Source: an uncultured Candidatus Binatia bacterium (GTDB taxonomy: Bacteria > Desulfobacterota > Binatia > UBA9968 > CAXXLF01). Taken from it: 64,000 bases of DNA. Positions 1 through 10,478 of this stretch are shown in pieces. Position numbers and translations under genes: made by a program. The stretch lies in the NCBI GenBank assembly GCA_965218425.1, contig OZ244621.1:3584001-3648000 (forward strand). The letters run 5' to 3'. Position 1 is the first letter of the stretch. Each line of letters opens with the position of its first letter. The notes under the pieces are model-generated. The model had not been told where the DNA came from. It ran no database searches and saw only the letters and a list, made by a program, of their open reading frames with translations.

Positions 1-2
1 TG

Positions 3-1172
3 GTGGCTTTCCGTGATAGCGATGGGAGGGTGGGAATGCTTGGAGCCCATTGTCCCCATAGGGGAGCCCCGCTGTTTTATGGCCGTAATGAGGAATCAGG
101 GCTGCGATGCATTTACCATGGTTGGAAGTATGATGTTGATGGCAATTGCGTGGACATGCCCAACGAACCGCCGGAGGGTAACTTCAAGGATAAGATTCAT
201 CATCTGGCGTATCCATGTCGAGAACGTGAAGGAGTGATCTGGACTTATATGGGGCGTGTCAATCCACCGCCTCCCTTGCCAGAATTAGAATGGAATCTGC
301 TACCGGAGGAGCAGCGGTACATTTCAAAGCGGATTCAATCTTGCAATTTCGCGCAAGCCTTGGAGGGGGATATCGACCAGAGCCACAACTCCTTTCTCCA
401 TGCTCCGCACAATCAGCTCCAAAAGGGAGTTGGAGAAGGCAAAGGAGTTGACCTCTGGCGAAAAGTGGATACCCATCCTCGATTCGAAGTAGAAGACACT
501 GAGTATGGAGTGTTGATCGGAGCACGGCGTGACGCAGATGAGAAATCCCACTACTGGCGTATCACGCAGTTCCTTTTTCCTTTTAATACTTTCACTGGGC
601 CCTACGGTGACAATCCCACCAGGCAGGGCAGGGCATGGATCCCCGTGGACGATGAAACCACCATGCTGCTCGCAATAAACTTCCATCCTACCAGACTACT
701 GAACCAGCAGGAGATTACCCGGTTGCGCAACGGTGCAGGAGCCGGGTTCGTCGGCGACGGCAATTTCTTGCCAGCGAGTGGCGAACCAGGGGGGGCATGG
801 CGCCCCAAAGCACGGCAGGAAAACGAATATTATTTTGACCGAACTCTCCAGCGGACGAAGTTCTTTTCTGGCATCCCAGAATTTTGGGCCCAGGATGCGG
901 CCGTACAGGAAGGTATGGGGCCCATTTACGACCGTACTAAAGAACATCTGGGAGGTAGCGACACGGCCATCATCCGGGTTCGCCGCCGGCTCATTGATGC
1001 TGCCAAAGCGTCATTGGCAGAAGGTGTTCCTCCTCCAGGAGCAAGCGACCCCTCCGTGTTTCGTGTTCGAGGAGCGGCAGCGCTATTACCCAAAGGTGCG
1101 GACTGGGTAAAGGATACAGAAGAGTTGCGAAAGGTTGTCCCCGGTGTCAACCAGTCGGCACCGGGTAGATAA
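3..1172 (+). CDS. Rieske non-heme iron oxygenase alpha subunit (phthalate 4,5-dioxygenase/LigX-like), 5' end outside window
   Basis: Rieske motif CPH...CIYH; mononuclear Fe motif EGDIDQSHNSFLH and distal AQD. Confidence 0.9.
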   Translation: MAFRDSDGRVGMLGAHCPHRGAPLFYGRNEESGLRCIYHGWKYDVDGNCVDMPNEPPEGNFKDKIHHLAYPCREREGVIWTYMGRVNPPPPLPELEWNLLPEEQRYISKRIQSCNFAQALEGDIDQSHNSFLHAPHNQLQKGVGEGKGVDLWRKVDTHPRFEVEDTEYGVLIGARRDADEKSHYWRITQFLFPFNTFTGPYGDNPTRQGRAWIPVDDETTMLLAINFHPTRLLNQQEITRLRNGAGAGFVGDGNFLPASGEPGGAWRPKARQENEYYFDRTLQRTKFFSGIPEFWAQDAAVQEGMGPIYDRTKEHLGGSDTAIIRVRRRLIDAAKASLAEGVPPPGASDPSVFRVRGAAALLPKGADWVKDTEELRKVVPGVNQSAPGR

Positions 1173-1202
1173 AGTCATCCCATATTCGTCTCATAAACAC
1201 TG

Positions 1203-3278
1203 ATGCCTAAGTGGATAGTTGGAATTGATATCGGAGGTACGTTCACCGATGTGGCAGCAATGGAGGTGGAAACCGGTAAGTTAAGAATCACAAAAGTGCC
1301 TTCCATTCCGGTAGACCCATCTCAGGCGGTGGTTTCAGGACTGCAGAGCTTATTTGAAACGGATTCTGAGATTCGAGCAGCGGACGTTGGGTTTTTTGCT
1401 CACGGCACGACGGTGGCGACCAATGCTCTTATCGAGAGCAAAGGGGCCAAGGTGGGGTTACTGATTACCCGAGGGTTTCGAGCCATTTATCAATTGCGGG
1501 GTGGGTCGCGGCCTGCGGGGTCGGATCTCATCGATAGTTTTTACGAAAAGCCCGTGGGAGTGGTGCCTCAAAGATTCACCGAGGAGGTGGGAGGCCGGGT
1601 CCTCTTTGATGGGAGTGAATTGGAGCCTCTCGATGAAGACTCGGTTCGAAACGCAACTCGGAAGTTACGCCAGCAGGGAATTAATTCCATAGCCGTCTGC
1701 TACCTTTTTTCCTTTATGAATTCGAGCCATGAGCAGCGTACGGAGAAGATTATTCACGAGGAACATCCTGAGTGCAGGGTCTCGCTCTCCAGTGTGGTTC
1801 TTCCCGTTATCCGGGAATACCAGCGGATCTCCACTACGGTACTTGACGCCTATGTAGGCCCCGTAGTCGAAACATATCTAAAGGCGCTATCAGGTCGCCT
1901 GCGTGAATCTGGGCTTGTCACCGAGCGAATGTTCATCATGCAGTCTAATGGTGGACTCATGCGTATTGACGTTGCGGCCCACTACCCAAATCAGACTTTA
2001 CTATCGGGACCCGCCGCTGGTGTTGTCTTCGGTTCCAGTATGGGAAAACTCACTGGAGAACAAAACGTCGTGACTTTCGATATGGGAGGTACGAGTACGG
2101 ATATTAGCGTGATGCCCGAGGACACCTACCAGGAGACTCGTCAAGGAAAGATCAGCGGGCATGACATTGGAACGCCGATGATCCAGATACGCACCCTCGG
2201 GGCGGGAGGGGGAACCATTGCCTGGATTGGACCCGACGGGCTACTCAAGTGCGGACCACGCTCCGCCGGTGCGTCTCCAGGCCCGGCATGTTATGGTCAT
2301 GCTGGGCAAGAGCCAACCGTTACCGACGCTAACCTGCTGCTTGGATACCTTAATCCGGACTTTTTTATCGGCGGACGTATTAAAATCGATCCTCGTCTAT
2401 CTGAACGCGCAATCATAGAATCGGTGGCTAAACCCTTGGGGATGAGCCTGCACGATGCCGTGTTGGGTATTATTCGCGTGGTCAACGTAAATATGGAGGT
2501 TGGTCTGCGGCTATCCTTTGTAGAAAAAGGTCTCGATCCGCGGAAGTTTGCTTTGGTTGCTTTTGGCGGCGCGGGGCCACTTCACGCCAGCCGGGTGGCG
2601 CGAAATATGGGGATCCCAAAGGTGATCATTCCCGCTTATCCGGGCATCAGCAGCGCCATGGGCTTGTTGCAGACTGACGTCAAACATCAGTACCTTCAGA
2701 GCCGCATGGTCTCCCTCCTGGACCTATCCGCGGAAGAGGCGAATGAATTGTTTAATGGGCTCGTTGAGTGGGCCATGGAGGAGGCCCGCAGGGAAGGATT
2801 TGGTCTCCATGAGGTGGATCTCTTGCAGCAGCTCGATCTTCGCTATCCGTATCAGGGTTACGAGCTGACGGTCACTTGTCCCGACGGTGCCTTTCAGGAA
2901 AGCAACAAACAAGCGATTAGAGGCGAGTTCGACCGGCTTCATAAGCGGATCTATGGAACCTCCGCCCCTGAAGAGGTTCCTGAAGTAGTTAACGTTAGAG
3001 TTACCTCAATCAGCCACGTCCCCAAGCTTTCACTGCCTGAGATAAAGGCCGATAGTTCGTCATCGGGGGTAGCCCATGTCGGTAAACGCCCTGCACTATT
3101 TGAAGAGTACGGAGAATACAAAGAGACGCCAGTTTACAGGCGCGCTGAACTCCTTGCTGGAAGTCGAATAGAAGGACCGGCCGTCATCGAGCAATTAGAT
3201 TCCACCACGGTGATTTTACCCCGTCAAACCGCAGAGGTGGACCGATATGGCAGCCTGGCGATTACCGTGGAGATATAA
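1203..3278 (+). CDS. hyuA: Hydantoinase/oxoprolinase A subunit (ATP-binding)
   Basis: GIDIGGTFTD, HGTTVATN, SGPAAG, DMGGTSTD, GAGGG, FGGAGPLH motifs. Confidence 0.93.
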   Translation: MPKWIVGIDIGGTFTDVAAMEVETGKLRITKVPSIPVDPSQAVVSGLQSLFETDSEIRAADVGFFAHGTTVATNALIESKGAKVGLLITRGFRAIYQLRGGSRPAGSDLIDSFYEKPVGVVPQRFTEEVGGRVLFDGSELEPLDEDSVRNATRKLRQQGINSIAVCYLFSFMNSSHEQRTEKIIHEEHPECRVSLSSVVLPVIREYQRISTTVLDAYVGPVVETYLKALSGRLRESGLVTERMFIMQSNGGLMRIDVAAHYPNQTLLSGPAAGVVFGSSMGKLTGEQNVVTFDMGGTSTDISVMPEDTYQETRQGKISGHDIGTPMIQIRTLGAGGGTIAWIGPDGLLKCGPRSAGASPGPACYGHAGQEPTVTDANLLLGYLNPDFFIGGRIKIDPRLSERAIIESVAKPLGMSLHDAVLGIIRVVNVNMEVGLRLSFVEKGLDPRKFALVAFGGAGPLHASRVARNMGIPKVIIPAYPGISSAMGLLQTDVKHQYLQSRMVSLLDLSAEEANELFNGLVEWAMEEARREGFGLHEVDLLQQLDLRYPYQGYELTVTCPDGAFQESNKQAIRGEFDRLHKRIYGTSAPEEVPEVVNVRVTSISHVPKLSLPEIKADSSSSGVAHVGKRPALFEEYGEYKETPVYRRAELLAGSRIEGPAVIEQLDSTTVILPRQTAEVDRYGSLAITVEI

Positions 3279-3280
3279 AG

Positions 3281-5041
3281 ATGGAACCTAGTACCGGATT
3301 GGATGCCATCACCCTGGAAGTTATTAAAAACCGGTTTCGGGAACTCGGCTCCACCATGGAACACCTGTTGTTCCACAGCGGTTATTCCACAATCCTCCGA
3401 GAGTCACGAGACGGATCGGCAGGAATCTGTGACCGTGATGGTTACGCGGTGGAGGCTGCAGGGACGCCTATCCACCTCTATCCGTATTATCTCGGTGTTC
3501 GCGCCGTTCTTGATGTTTACCCCGTCGAGGAGATGTTTGATGGAGACTGTTTTATTTTAACCGATCCCTATCTTGGCGGTAGCCTCCATGTGCCGGATTT
3601 AATCATTGTGACCCCGATATTCGTGGACCGCGAGGTCGTTGCCTTCAGCGTCAGCATTGCCCATAAACCGGATTTGGGCGGCCTGGTCCCTGGCTCATCC
3701 GGCGCAGGCGCAAGGGAGATCTTTCATGAGGGACTCTTGTTGCCGCCGGTGCGATATTGGACCCGTAATGGAGTTGTGAAGGAAGTCGAGGGGATCATCA
3801 AACGGAACTGCAGGATCCCCGAGGTCATTGCGGGAGACATCCGGGCCCAGGTCGGATGCACCTTGGTGGGCGCCCGGCGAATTCGTGAGCTATGCAGCGA
3901 ATACGGCACTGAAACGATCAAGACGGCCTTTTCTGAGCTTCTGCGATTGTCCGAGGAGCGTGTCAGGCGGGGACTAGCGGCGTGGCCTGACGGTGAGGAG
4001 GTAGCGGAGGGTTGGGTTGATGACGACGGTGTGGACCAAGAACGGGCTCTAGGTCTGCACGTGAAGGTAACCAAGCAAGGTGATGGGATCACTTTTGATT
4101 ACAGCCAAATGTGCGACCAGGTGAAAGGTCCGATCAATCTTCGACCCCAAACCTCTTACGTGGCAGCTGTCCTGGCGCTGTTGACCTATCTTGACCCGAC
4201 TATCCCGATCAACGACGGGATCCGGCGGCCAATCCAATTTATCAATCCCGAGGGAAAGATCACGAACCCCAAATGGCCTGCACCCGTAAATAGCTACTAC
4301 GGACTGACCCATGTCCTATACAGCACCATCGGGAGGGCGCTGGCCAAGTTCAATCCAAAGCGTGCCGTGGCCTCTGCCGGTCTGGGGCTTGGTGCGATGG
4401 CAGTAGGTCATCAAGAGAACCGCCTCGGCAGGAAGGCGGTACAGTACGAGCTTTATGTGACCTCCCAAGGAGGAACGTCCGAGCACGACGGTTCCTTCGG
4501 GGTAACCATGTTGAACGGAACCCCGAACACTTCCGTGGAAATTATCGAGACCGAATTTCCAGTCCGAGTCTGTAGGCACGAGTTTGTACCGGATTCGGCA
4601 GGGGCCGGTCGCTTTCGGGGCGGCCCGGGGAATCGCAAGGAATATGAGGTCCTCGGGGATGCGGATTTGACTTTGCGACTAGGACATCAGTTCAATCATG
4701 CGGGCTGGGGTATTCTGGGAGGAAAGCCCCCGCTTACGGTGCGAGCCTATTTAAATCCAGGTACGAGACGCGAACGAGCGTTGCGGCCCCTCGAAACGGT
4801 CCACCTGAATGCGGGAGAGCGTTTCCTAATTGAAATGCCGGGAGGAGGAGGATACGGGGATCCTATTTCCAGAGACCCCCAATGGGTTTTAAGAGACGTG
4901 CTGGATGGCTACGTATCCATCGGGGCAGCGGAACGTGATTACGCGGTTGTCATAGACCGTGACGGTCTGACGGTTCAAGCGGAAAAAACTGCCCAGATTC
5001 GCAACCGACATCGTTGTGCGAAGCAGCAGATCCACCGCTAG
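3281..5041 (+). CDS. hyuB: Hydantoinase B/oxoprolinase family subunit, copy 1
   Basis: TDPYLGGSLHVPD, AHKPDLGG, EIFHEG, GAGRFRGG, PGGGGYGDP motifs. Confidence 0.92.
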   Translation: MEPSTGLDAITLEVIKNRFRELGSTMEHLLFHSGYSTILRESRDGSAGICDRDGYAVEAAGTPIHLYPYYLGVRAVLDVYPVEEMFDGDCFILTDPYLGGSLHVPDLIIVTPIFVDREVVAFSVSIAHKPDLGGLVPGSSGAGAREIFHEGLLLPPVRYWTRNGVVKEVEGIIKRNCRIPEVIAGDIRAQVGCTLVGARRIRELCSEYGTETIKTAFSELLRLSEERVRRGLAAWPDGEEVAEGWVDDDGVDQERALGLHVKVTKQGDGITFDYSQMCDQVKGPINLRPQTSYVAAVLALLTYLDPTIPINDGIRRPIQFINPEGKITNPKWPAPVNSYYGLTHVLYSTIGRALAKFNPKRAVASAGLGLGAMAVGHQENRLGRKAVQYELYVTSQGGTSEHDGSFGVTMLNGTPNTSVEIIETEFPVRVCRHEFVPDSAGAGRFRGGPGNRKEYEVLGDADLTLRLGHQFNHAGWGILGGKPPLTVRAYLNPGTRRERALRPLETVHLNAGERFLIEMPGGGGYGDPISRDPQWVLRDVLDGYVSIGAAERDYAVVIDRDGLTVQAEKTAQIRNRHRCAKQQIHR

Positions 5042-5059
5042 GCGGGAAGCAACGCTTGC

Positions 5060-6805
5060 ATGGAACTTGATGCAATTACGTTAGAGGTCATTAACAACAA
5101 ACTCAGGGAGATAGGTTCCACCATGGAGCACCTGCTGTTTCACAGCGGTTATTCCACTATCTTACGAGAATCCCGTGACGGCTCGGCCGGTATAGCCGAC
5201 CGGGAGGGCTACGCGGTGATGGCCTCCGGTAGCCCTTTGCACCTGTATCCTTACTATCTTGGCATTCGCACGATTCTCAAGAATTACCCCATCCATGAGA
5301 TGGAGGACGGCGAGAGCTTTATCCTGAACGATCCGTATCTTGGGGGTAGCCTGCATGTACCCGACATCGTCGTTGTCACACCGGTCTTTGTGGATAAAGA
5401 AGTGATAGCTTTCAGCGTGAGCATTGCTCACAAGCCGGATGTTGGCGGTATTGTACCCGGATCCTCGGGTGCCGCCTCCCGTGAGATCTTCCATGAAGGC
5501 CTGTTGTTGCCGGGCGTGCGGTATTGGACCCGCGACGGGGTCAATAGGGAAGTTGAAGCCATTGTCAAACGTAATTGCCGAATTCCAGAGGTTATCGCAG
5601 GCGATATACGTGCCCAGGTGGGCTGTACCAAGGTGGGCGCCGATTGCATTCGTGACCTCTGTGGCGAGTATGGCACGGCTACCGTCACGAAAGCGTTTTC
5701 AAAGCTTCTAGCGCTAACCGAAGAGCGCGTGCGACGTGGGCTTGCGAGCTGGCCGGACGGCGACGCCGAAGCTGAGGGTTGGGTCGATGATGATGGTGTA
5801 GACCATGAAAAACCCCTTCGTTTGCACGTAAAGGTCAGCAAGCAGGGGGAGCAAATCACTTTTGATTACAGTCAAATGAACGGCCAGGTGAAAGGGCCCA
5901 TCAACCTCCGGCCGCAATCTTCCCAGGTGGCTGCGGTGCTTGCACTGCTCACCTATTTAGACCCTACAATTCCAGTGAACGATGGTATTCGAAGACCTAT
6001 CAGGTTTATCAATCCGGAAGGAACCATCACGAATCCGCTCTGGCCAGCACCGGTCAATAGCTACTTTGGGATCTCCAACGTTTTATACGGCACCATCGGC
6101 AATGCGCTTGCCAAGTTCAATCCAAATCGGGCCGTTGGTTCTGCTGGTCTTGGTCTCGGGGCAATGGCCATTGGTCACGAGCAGAACCGTGCTGGCAGGA
6201 AAGCGGTGCAGTACGAGCTTTATGTGACCTCCCAGGGGGGCACCCCGGATCACGACGGCTCCTCGGGCACCGTGGGATTCTTCAATTTCACCCCCAACAC
6301 ACCCATTGAAATAATCGAAACCGAATTTCCGGTCCGGGTATGCAAACACGAGTGGATTACGGATTCGGCCGGTGCCGGTCGCTTTCGCGGTGGCCTAGGA
6401 AATCGTAAAGAGTACGAAGTACTCGGAGATGCGGTACTGACCCTGCGCCTAGGCCATCAGTTCAACTTCTCGGGTTGGGGTGTGCTCGGCGGCAAGGCGC
6501 CGCCCACGGTGGGGGCTCATTTAAATCCGGACACACCACTCGGACGCGGGTTGCGGCCGCTGGAGACGGTTACCCTGAGCGGGAGGGATCGTTTCCGGGT
6601 TGAAATGCCCGGGGGAGGCGGGTATGGGAATCCTTTGCTCAGGGACCCTGAATTGGTACTGGCAGACGTAATGGACGGATATGTTTCTATTGAGGCGGCT
6701 GAGCGAGATTACGGGGTCATCATTGATGGGGCTACCATGAAGGTTCATGCTGGCCAAACGGCGCGCCTCCGCTCACAACTTCCACCTCGCGATGGTGGTG
6801 GTTAG
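5060..6805 (+). CDS. hyuB: Hydantoinase B/oxoprolinase family subunit, copy 2
   Basis: Same motifs; collinear and highly similar to 3281..5041. Confidence 0.92.
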   Translation: MELDAITLEVINNKLREIGSTMEHLLFHSGYSTILRESRDGSAGIADREGYAVMASGSPLHLYPYYLGIRTILKNYPIHEMEDGESFILNDPYLGGSLHVPDIVVVTPVFVDKEVIAFSVSIAHKPDVGGIVPGSSGAASREIFHEGLLLPGVRYWTRDGVNREVEAIVKRNCRIPEVIAGDIRAQVGCTKVGADCIRDLCGEYGTATVTKAFSKLLALTEERVRRGLASWPDGDAEAEGWVDDDGVDHEKPLRLHVKVSKQGEQITFDYSQMNGQVKGPINLRPQSSQVAAVLALLTYLDPTIPVNDGIRRPIRFINPEGTITNPLWPAPVNSYFGISNVLYGTIGNALAKFNPNRAVGSAGLGLGAMAIGHEQNRAGRKAVQYELYVTSQGGTPDHDGSSGTVGFFNFTPNTPIEIIETEFPVRVCKHEWITDSAGAGRFRGGLGNRKEYEVLGDAVLTLRLGHQFNFSGWGVLGGKAPPTVGAHLNPDTPLGRGLRPLETVTLSGRDRFRVEMPGGGGYGNPLLRDPELVLADVMDGYVSIEAAERDYGVIIDGATMKVHAGQTARLRSQLPPRDGGG

Positions 6806-6847
6806 GAACAGCGGTTTGTTGAGAATCGGAAGGGAAGGCGCCACTAG

Positions 6848-7756
6848 ATGAGCGTTATGAAAATGCTTTATAGAGATGTGGACCGGACGCCGTATCTTTG
6901 CACGCTCAAGTTTACGGCGGAACATTATGGATTGGAGCTAGAACTTGAGAAATCTTCCGGACCCGATTACGGAGACCTGTTGGAGGAAGGAAAAGCGGAT
7001 GTCCTAGCGGAAAACTACTGGGGGCTGCAGAGTTACCGAGCGAGGGGCGTTCCCTTGGTCAGCGTGGCGACGTCCGTGACTTGGATGAACGAAAAACTCC
7101 TGGTCCATCCAAGCCTCTCGAGGGTGGAAGACCTCAGGGGAAAAAGATTTGCCATCCGCAAGGTCGGTCCCTCAGAGCTTGTACCCGGCCTCTGGTTGAA
7201 GGATATGGGGCTGGCGAAGGACATAGAGCAGGTGATTGTTCCGGAGGCCGAAGTGGGGCGCTGGGGAAACTGGAAGAAAGTACTTCAGGGGGAATGCCAC
7301 GGCTGCTTTGTCACGAATCTCTACGCGGATGAACCGTTGCAGGCTGGGTTAAAACACATTCCCATAAAGCCCTATGGGGTATTAGGGAACGTCACTCTGA
7401 CGGTGTCGGAAGATCTCATACAGCGCAGAAGGCAAGACGTTCAATGGCTCGTGAATGCCGCATTTGAGGCTTCCCATCTCTTCATTAACGACGAGCGTAG
7501 GACCCTGGAAATAATGGGTAAAGAACCCATGGAGCTGATGAAAATCAATGATGAAGGCCGTTTAAAGCGGGTTTATGAGATCCTCAAAGAGGAAGTATCC
7601 GAATTTCCGCTTCCAAGGGCGGAAGCCATAGCCAATACACATAGAATGAGGCTGGGCAGGTCTCCGGAATTGGCGGATTTCAATCCACTTTTAATGTGGG
7701 ATTTAAGCTTTGCTAAAGAAGGTCTTAAAACCAGGGCCGCTTCATTCCCCTCATAG
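6848..7756 (+). CDS. NMT1/THI5/SsuA-like PBP2-fold protein without signal peptide
   Basis: RVEDLRGKRFAI motif typical of this family; no hydrophobic N-terminus; paralog of 58423..59394. Confidence 0.65.
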   Translation: MSVMKMLYRDVDRTPYLCTLKFTAEHYGLELELEKSSGPDYGDLLEEGKADVLAENYWGLQSYRARGVPLVSVATSVTWMNEKLLVHPSLSRVEDLRGKRFAIRKVGPSELVPGLWLKDMGLAKDIEQVIVPEAEVGRWGNWKKVLQGECHGCFVTNLYADEPLQAGLKHIPIKPYGVLGNVTLTVSEDLIQRRRQDVQWLVNAAFEASHLFINDERRTLEIMGKEPMELMKINDEGRLKRVYEILKEEVSEFPLPRAEAIANTHRMRLGRSPELADFNPLLMWDLSFAKEGLKTRAASFPS

Positions 7757-7780
7757 CTTAACAAGGGGAACCTCCATCTA

Positions 7781-8797
7781 TCATAACGTCACGCCAGGAA
7801 ACTTCACGTCAAGCATTTCCCATCGGTCTCCGCTGTCCTCGCTATGGCAGAGTTCGCCGCTGGTGAGTTCCGCGTAAAGGTGATTGGGATCTGCCCCGTC
7901 AATTACAATCTCCACGGCAAAGCTTTTGCCCATCTCGGACAGGTTGCCGTCTAACTTCTGCCAGCTTTTTCCACCATCTTTGGTCCTCGCGATTACTGAT
8001 TCCGCGCCACTGGGACGATTCCACTGGCGAGGTTGGCCATTGGCCATGGCGGCATAGAGTATATTCGGGTTCTCTGGGTGCATCACCAGCGGCAACGAGT
8101 ATTCCTGGGAGAGATCGGCTCCCATTGGGCTCCATGTCTGGCCTGCGTCGTTGCTCTTGTAAAGGGCCCTTCCCTTGGACTTGCCCTGGCGGCAATCGTG
8201 ACCGCCTGTGGCAATGAAAATGTTGTTGGTATTCGTTGGATCGATGACGATGGTGTGAACATCGGCGTCGATCCCTTTATCCAGCAGTTTCCAGCTTTCA
8301 CCTCCGTCCGTGGATTTCAGCATGTATCCCACTTGAAGGGCTACGTAGATTGTTTTGGTATCCTTTGGGTCCACCGCGACGTCCCTCACATGGGGTTCAA
8401 CCGTCGGTACCGGATAGGTAATGGTTTCCACAAAGGGAACTGCTCTTAAGGCGTCCATTCGGGTCCAGGTCATGGCCGAGTCCCGGCTAACAAATACATC
8501 AATGGGTTCTGTTCCAGCGTAGAGCGTGTTGGGGTCGTGGGGGTCGACGGTGAGGCACCTGACTTTTCCCGGCCCTGGCTTGCCATAGCAGGGCTTTTTC
8601 CAGGATTTTCCGGCGTCGTCGCTGAGCCATACCCCGTCGCCCCTTGTTCCCGCAAAAACCCGGTTAGGCATGCCGGGAACGGAGACCGCCTTCAGGACTG
8701 ACCAATTTTTCAATGCCTGGTTTTCCACCTTCCATGATTGTCCGTTTTGGCTCGTTACAGTTACAACGCCTTCGTCTGTGCCGAAATATAGAGTCAT
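7781..8797 (-). CDS. BNR/Asp-box repeat beta-propeller protein (YCF48/VPS10-like), cytoplasmic
   Basis: Repeated S-x-D-x-G-x-x-W boxes (SDDAGKSW, STDGGESW, SNDAGQTW, TKDGGKSW, SEDSGDRW); no signal peptide. Confidence 0.85.
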   Translation of the reverse strand: MTLYFGTDEGVVTVTSQNGQSWKVENQALKNWSVLKAVSVPGMPNRVFAGTRGDGVWLSDDAGKSWKKPCYGKPGPGKVRCLTVDPHDPNTLYAGTEPIDVFVSRDSAMTWTRMDALRAVPFVETITYPVPTVEPHVRDVAVDPKDTKTIYVALQVGYMLKSTDGGESWKLLDKGIDADVHTIVIDPTNTNNIFIATGGHDCRQGKSKGRALYKSNDAGQTWSPMGADLSQEYSLPLVMHPENPNILYAAMANGQPRQWNRPSGAESVIARTKDGGKSWQKLDGNLSEMGKSFAVEIVIDGADPNHLYAELTSGELCHSEDSGDRWEMLDVKFPGVTL

Positions 8798-8973
8798 GCC
8801 ATTGACCTCCTCCAGTTTCCCATTGCGTGATTGCTAGGACGCATAGTATTAAATGCCTTGCTCAGAATCAAGCATGCTTTGTGGAAAATTTGACATGATG
8901 CGGACCCTGTATTAAAAGTGCCCGTGTCAGCTAACGGTTTGGCACAGAATGTATCCGTCCATTGGAGGACTAT

Positions 8974-9513
8974 ATGGCAGATCCGAATGTATTGCACCTG
9001 GCGCACTATACTGTCGTTGTTCGAGACATTCGTGTTGCAGAAGCCTTCTACACTAAAGTCATGGACGCAGACGTGATCCGGCGAAGTTGGAACCCTGATG
9101 AGCCAGACCCGGCGGGTGATAAGAGAGGACGGCGCTTTACCCAGCTCAAGCTCGGTAGCGTGGTCTTCGATGCCTTCGAGGAACCCTTTGGCCCCTGGCC
9201 GGAGCGACGCAATTTGACTCAGCATCCTCACTATGCCTTTGAGGTTAAGTCTCTCAAGGAATCGAGCCTGCGGCTTGACGAGCATAAGATCCCCTATGAG
9301 TGGAATACTTTTCACGGTCCTGGAGTAGGGATCTACTTCGGCGATCCGGATGGGAACCACCTTGAATACATCGAATCCCGAGGACACTCAAAAGAAGGTA
9401 TCAAGGTTGGTGATCCCGATTGGCCACGGCTCCAATACGATTTTGACCCGCAAACCGCCATGGGCACTCTAGTCGACCTGTCAACATCATCCACCGGCGT
9501 TGACGCAAGTTAA
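8974..9513 (+). CDS. VOC/glyoxalase family protein
   Basis: LAHYTVVVRD...AFY, HPHYAF, IYFGDPDGNHLE; GGAGG RBS before ATG 8974. Confidence 0.85.
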   Translation: MADPNVLHLAHYTVVVRDIRVAEAFYTKVMDADVIRRSWNPDEPDPAGDKRGRRFTQLKLGSVVFDAFEEPFGPWPERRNLTQHPHYAFEVKSLKESSLRLDEHKIPYEWNTFHGPGVGIYFGDPDGNHLEYIESRGHSKEGIKVGDPDWPRLQYDFDPQTAMGTLVDLSTSSTGVDAS

Positions 9514-9528
9514 CCGTGAGGTGACACA

Positions 9529-10443
9529 ATGAAGCTCAGGTGGGTTTCGGACGCGCCGCCCTGGAGTGGTCGAGCCGAGGCGGTGGTTGCCAAAGAGTTA
9601 GGGTTTTTCTCCGAGGCGGGTATAGAAGAAGCCGAAATTCAAATCATTCCAGGCGAACGCAATGCCATGGAGGCGCTGCTGGCCGGTGAGGCGGATCTCC
9701 TCTCGGGTATGGCCCGTAAGGCCATGATTGCCCACTCTCAGGGGTCCCCAGTCCGCATCGTCGCTCTTCCAATCCGTAAACTGAGGGCGGGCCTCGCGGT
9801 GGATCCTGCCATCGGAGACCCGAAAAATCTTACGGGCAAGACTGTCTCCGTAGGAATATTCGGTGCCATGGTTGAGCGTCTCGCCCGTATGTCCCTCCAA
9901 ATCCTCGGTGTCAACCCTGATGAGGTCAACTATATTGATGGAGGAACTGGGACCCTTCGCATGGAGCTGATTCGCAAAGGAGAATGTCAAGCTGCGGTCA
10001 TGATGAACATTAACCTCGTCGCAGCAAAGGCCGCTGGTTTTGATGTTTATGAAACCCTGAGCCAACGTTATTCCACTTATGCGTTCCACTCGTTAAGCAC
10101 AACCCACAAAGTGCTGGTGGAACAACCTGATCTGATCATTGCGGCCCTTGAGGGTTGTCTACGCGGCCATGAGGTGTTGATGGATCTTTCTCGAACCGAC
10201 GAAATCGCTCCTTATTTCACGTCACAAATCTATGGAGGGAGTCGCGAAGATTGGATCAATGAACTGAAAGAGGACATTCAGGCCTTCAATCCGAGCCATG
10301 CGCTCGAAGAAGATGCCTTTGCCAACGCGGTTCGCTTCGAGCAGGAGTTCGGATTGCTCCCGCCAGATTACGACTTTCGGGCGGTTCTAGAGGCCTGGCC
10401 CCTTGAGCGGGCCACGGCCCGGGTTAAGGCCGGGAAAGGCTAG
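9529..10443 (+). CDS. NMT1/THI5/SsuA-like PBP2-fold protein without signal peptide
   Basis: AKELGFFSEAGIE, ALLAGEAD, KNLTGKTV motifs. Confidence 0.75.
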   Translation: MKLRWVSDAPPWSGRAEAVVAKELGFFSEAGIEEAEIQIIPGERNAMEALLAGEADLLSGMARKAMIAHSQGSPVRIVALPIRKLRAGLAVDPAIGDPKNLTGKTVSVGIFGAMVERLARMSLQILGVNPDEVNYIDGGTGTLRMELIRKGECQAAVMMNINLVAAKAAGFDVYETLSQRYSTYAFHSLSTTHKVLVEQPDLIIAALEGCLRGHEVLMDLSRTDEIAPYFTSQIYGGSREDWINELKEDIQAFNPSHALEEDAFANAVRFEQEFGLLPPDYDFRAVLEAWPLERATARVKAGKG

Positions 10444-10478
10444 GCAGTATTTATCCCCCTAGCAGTCTAGAAACAGGT

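Noticed and set aside
7781..7783. UGA readthrough at propeller C-terminus
   Set aside because: Immediately followed by TAG
8794..9387. 197-aa minus-strand ORF
   Set aside because: Antisense shadow of the VOC gene with no recognisable motifs
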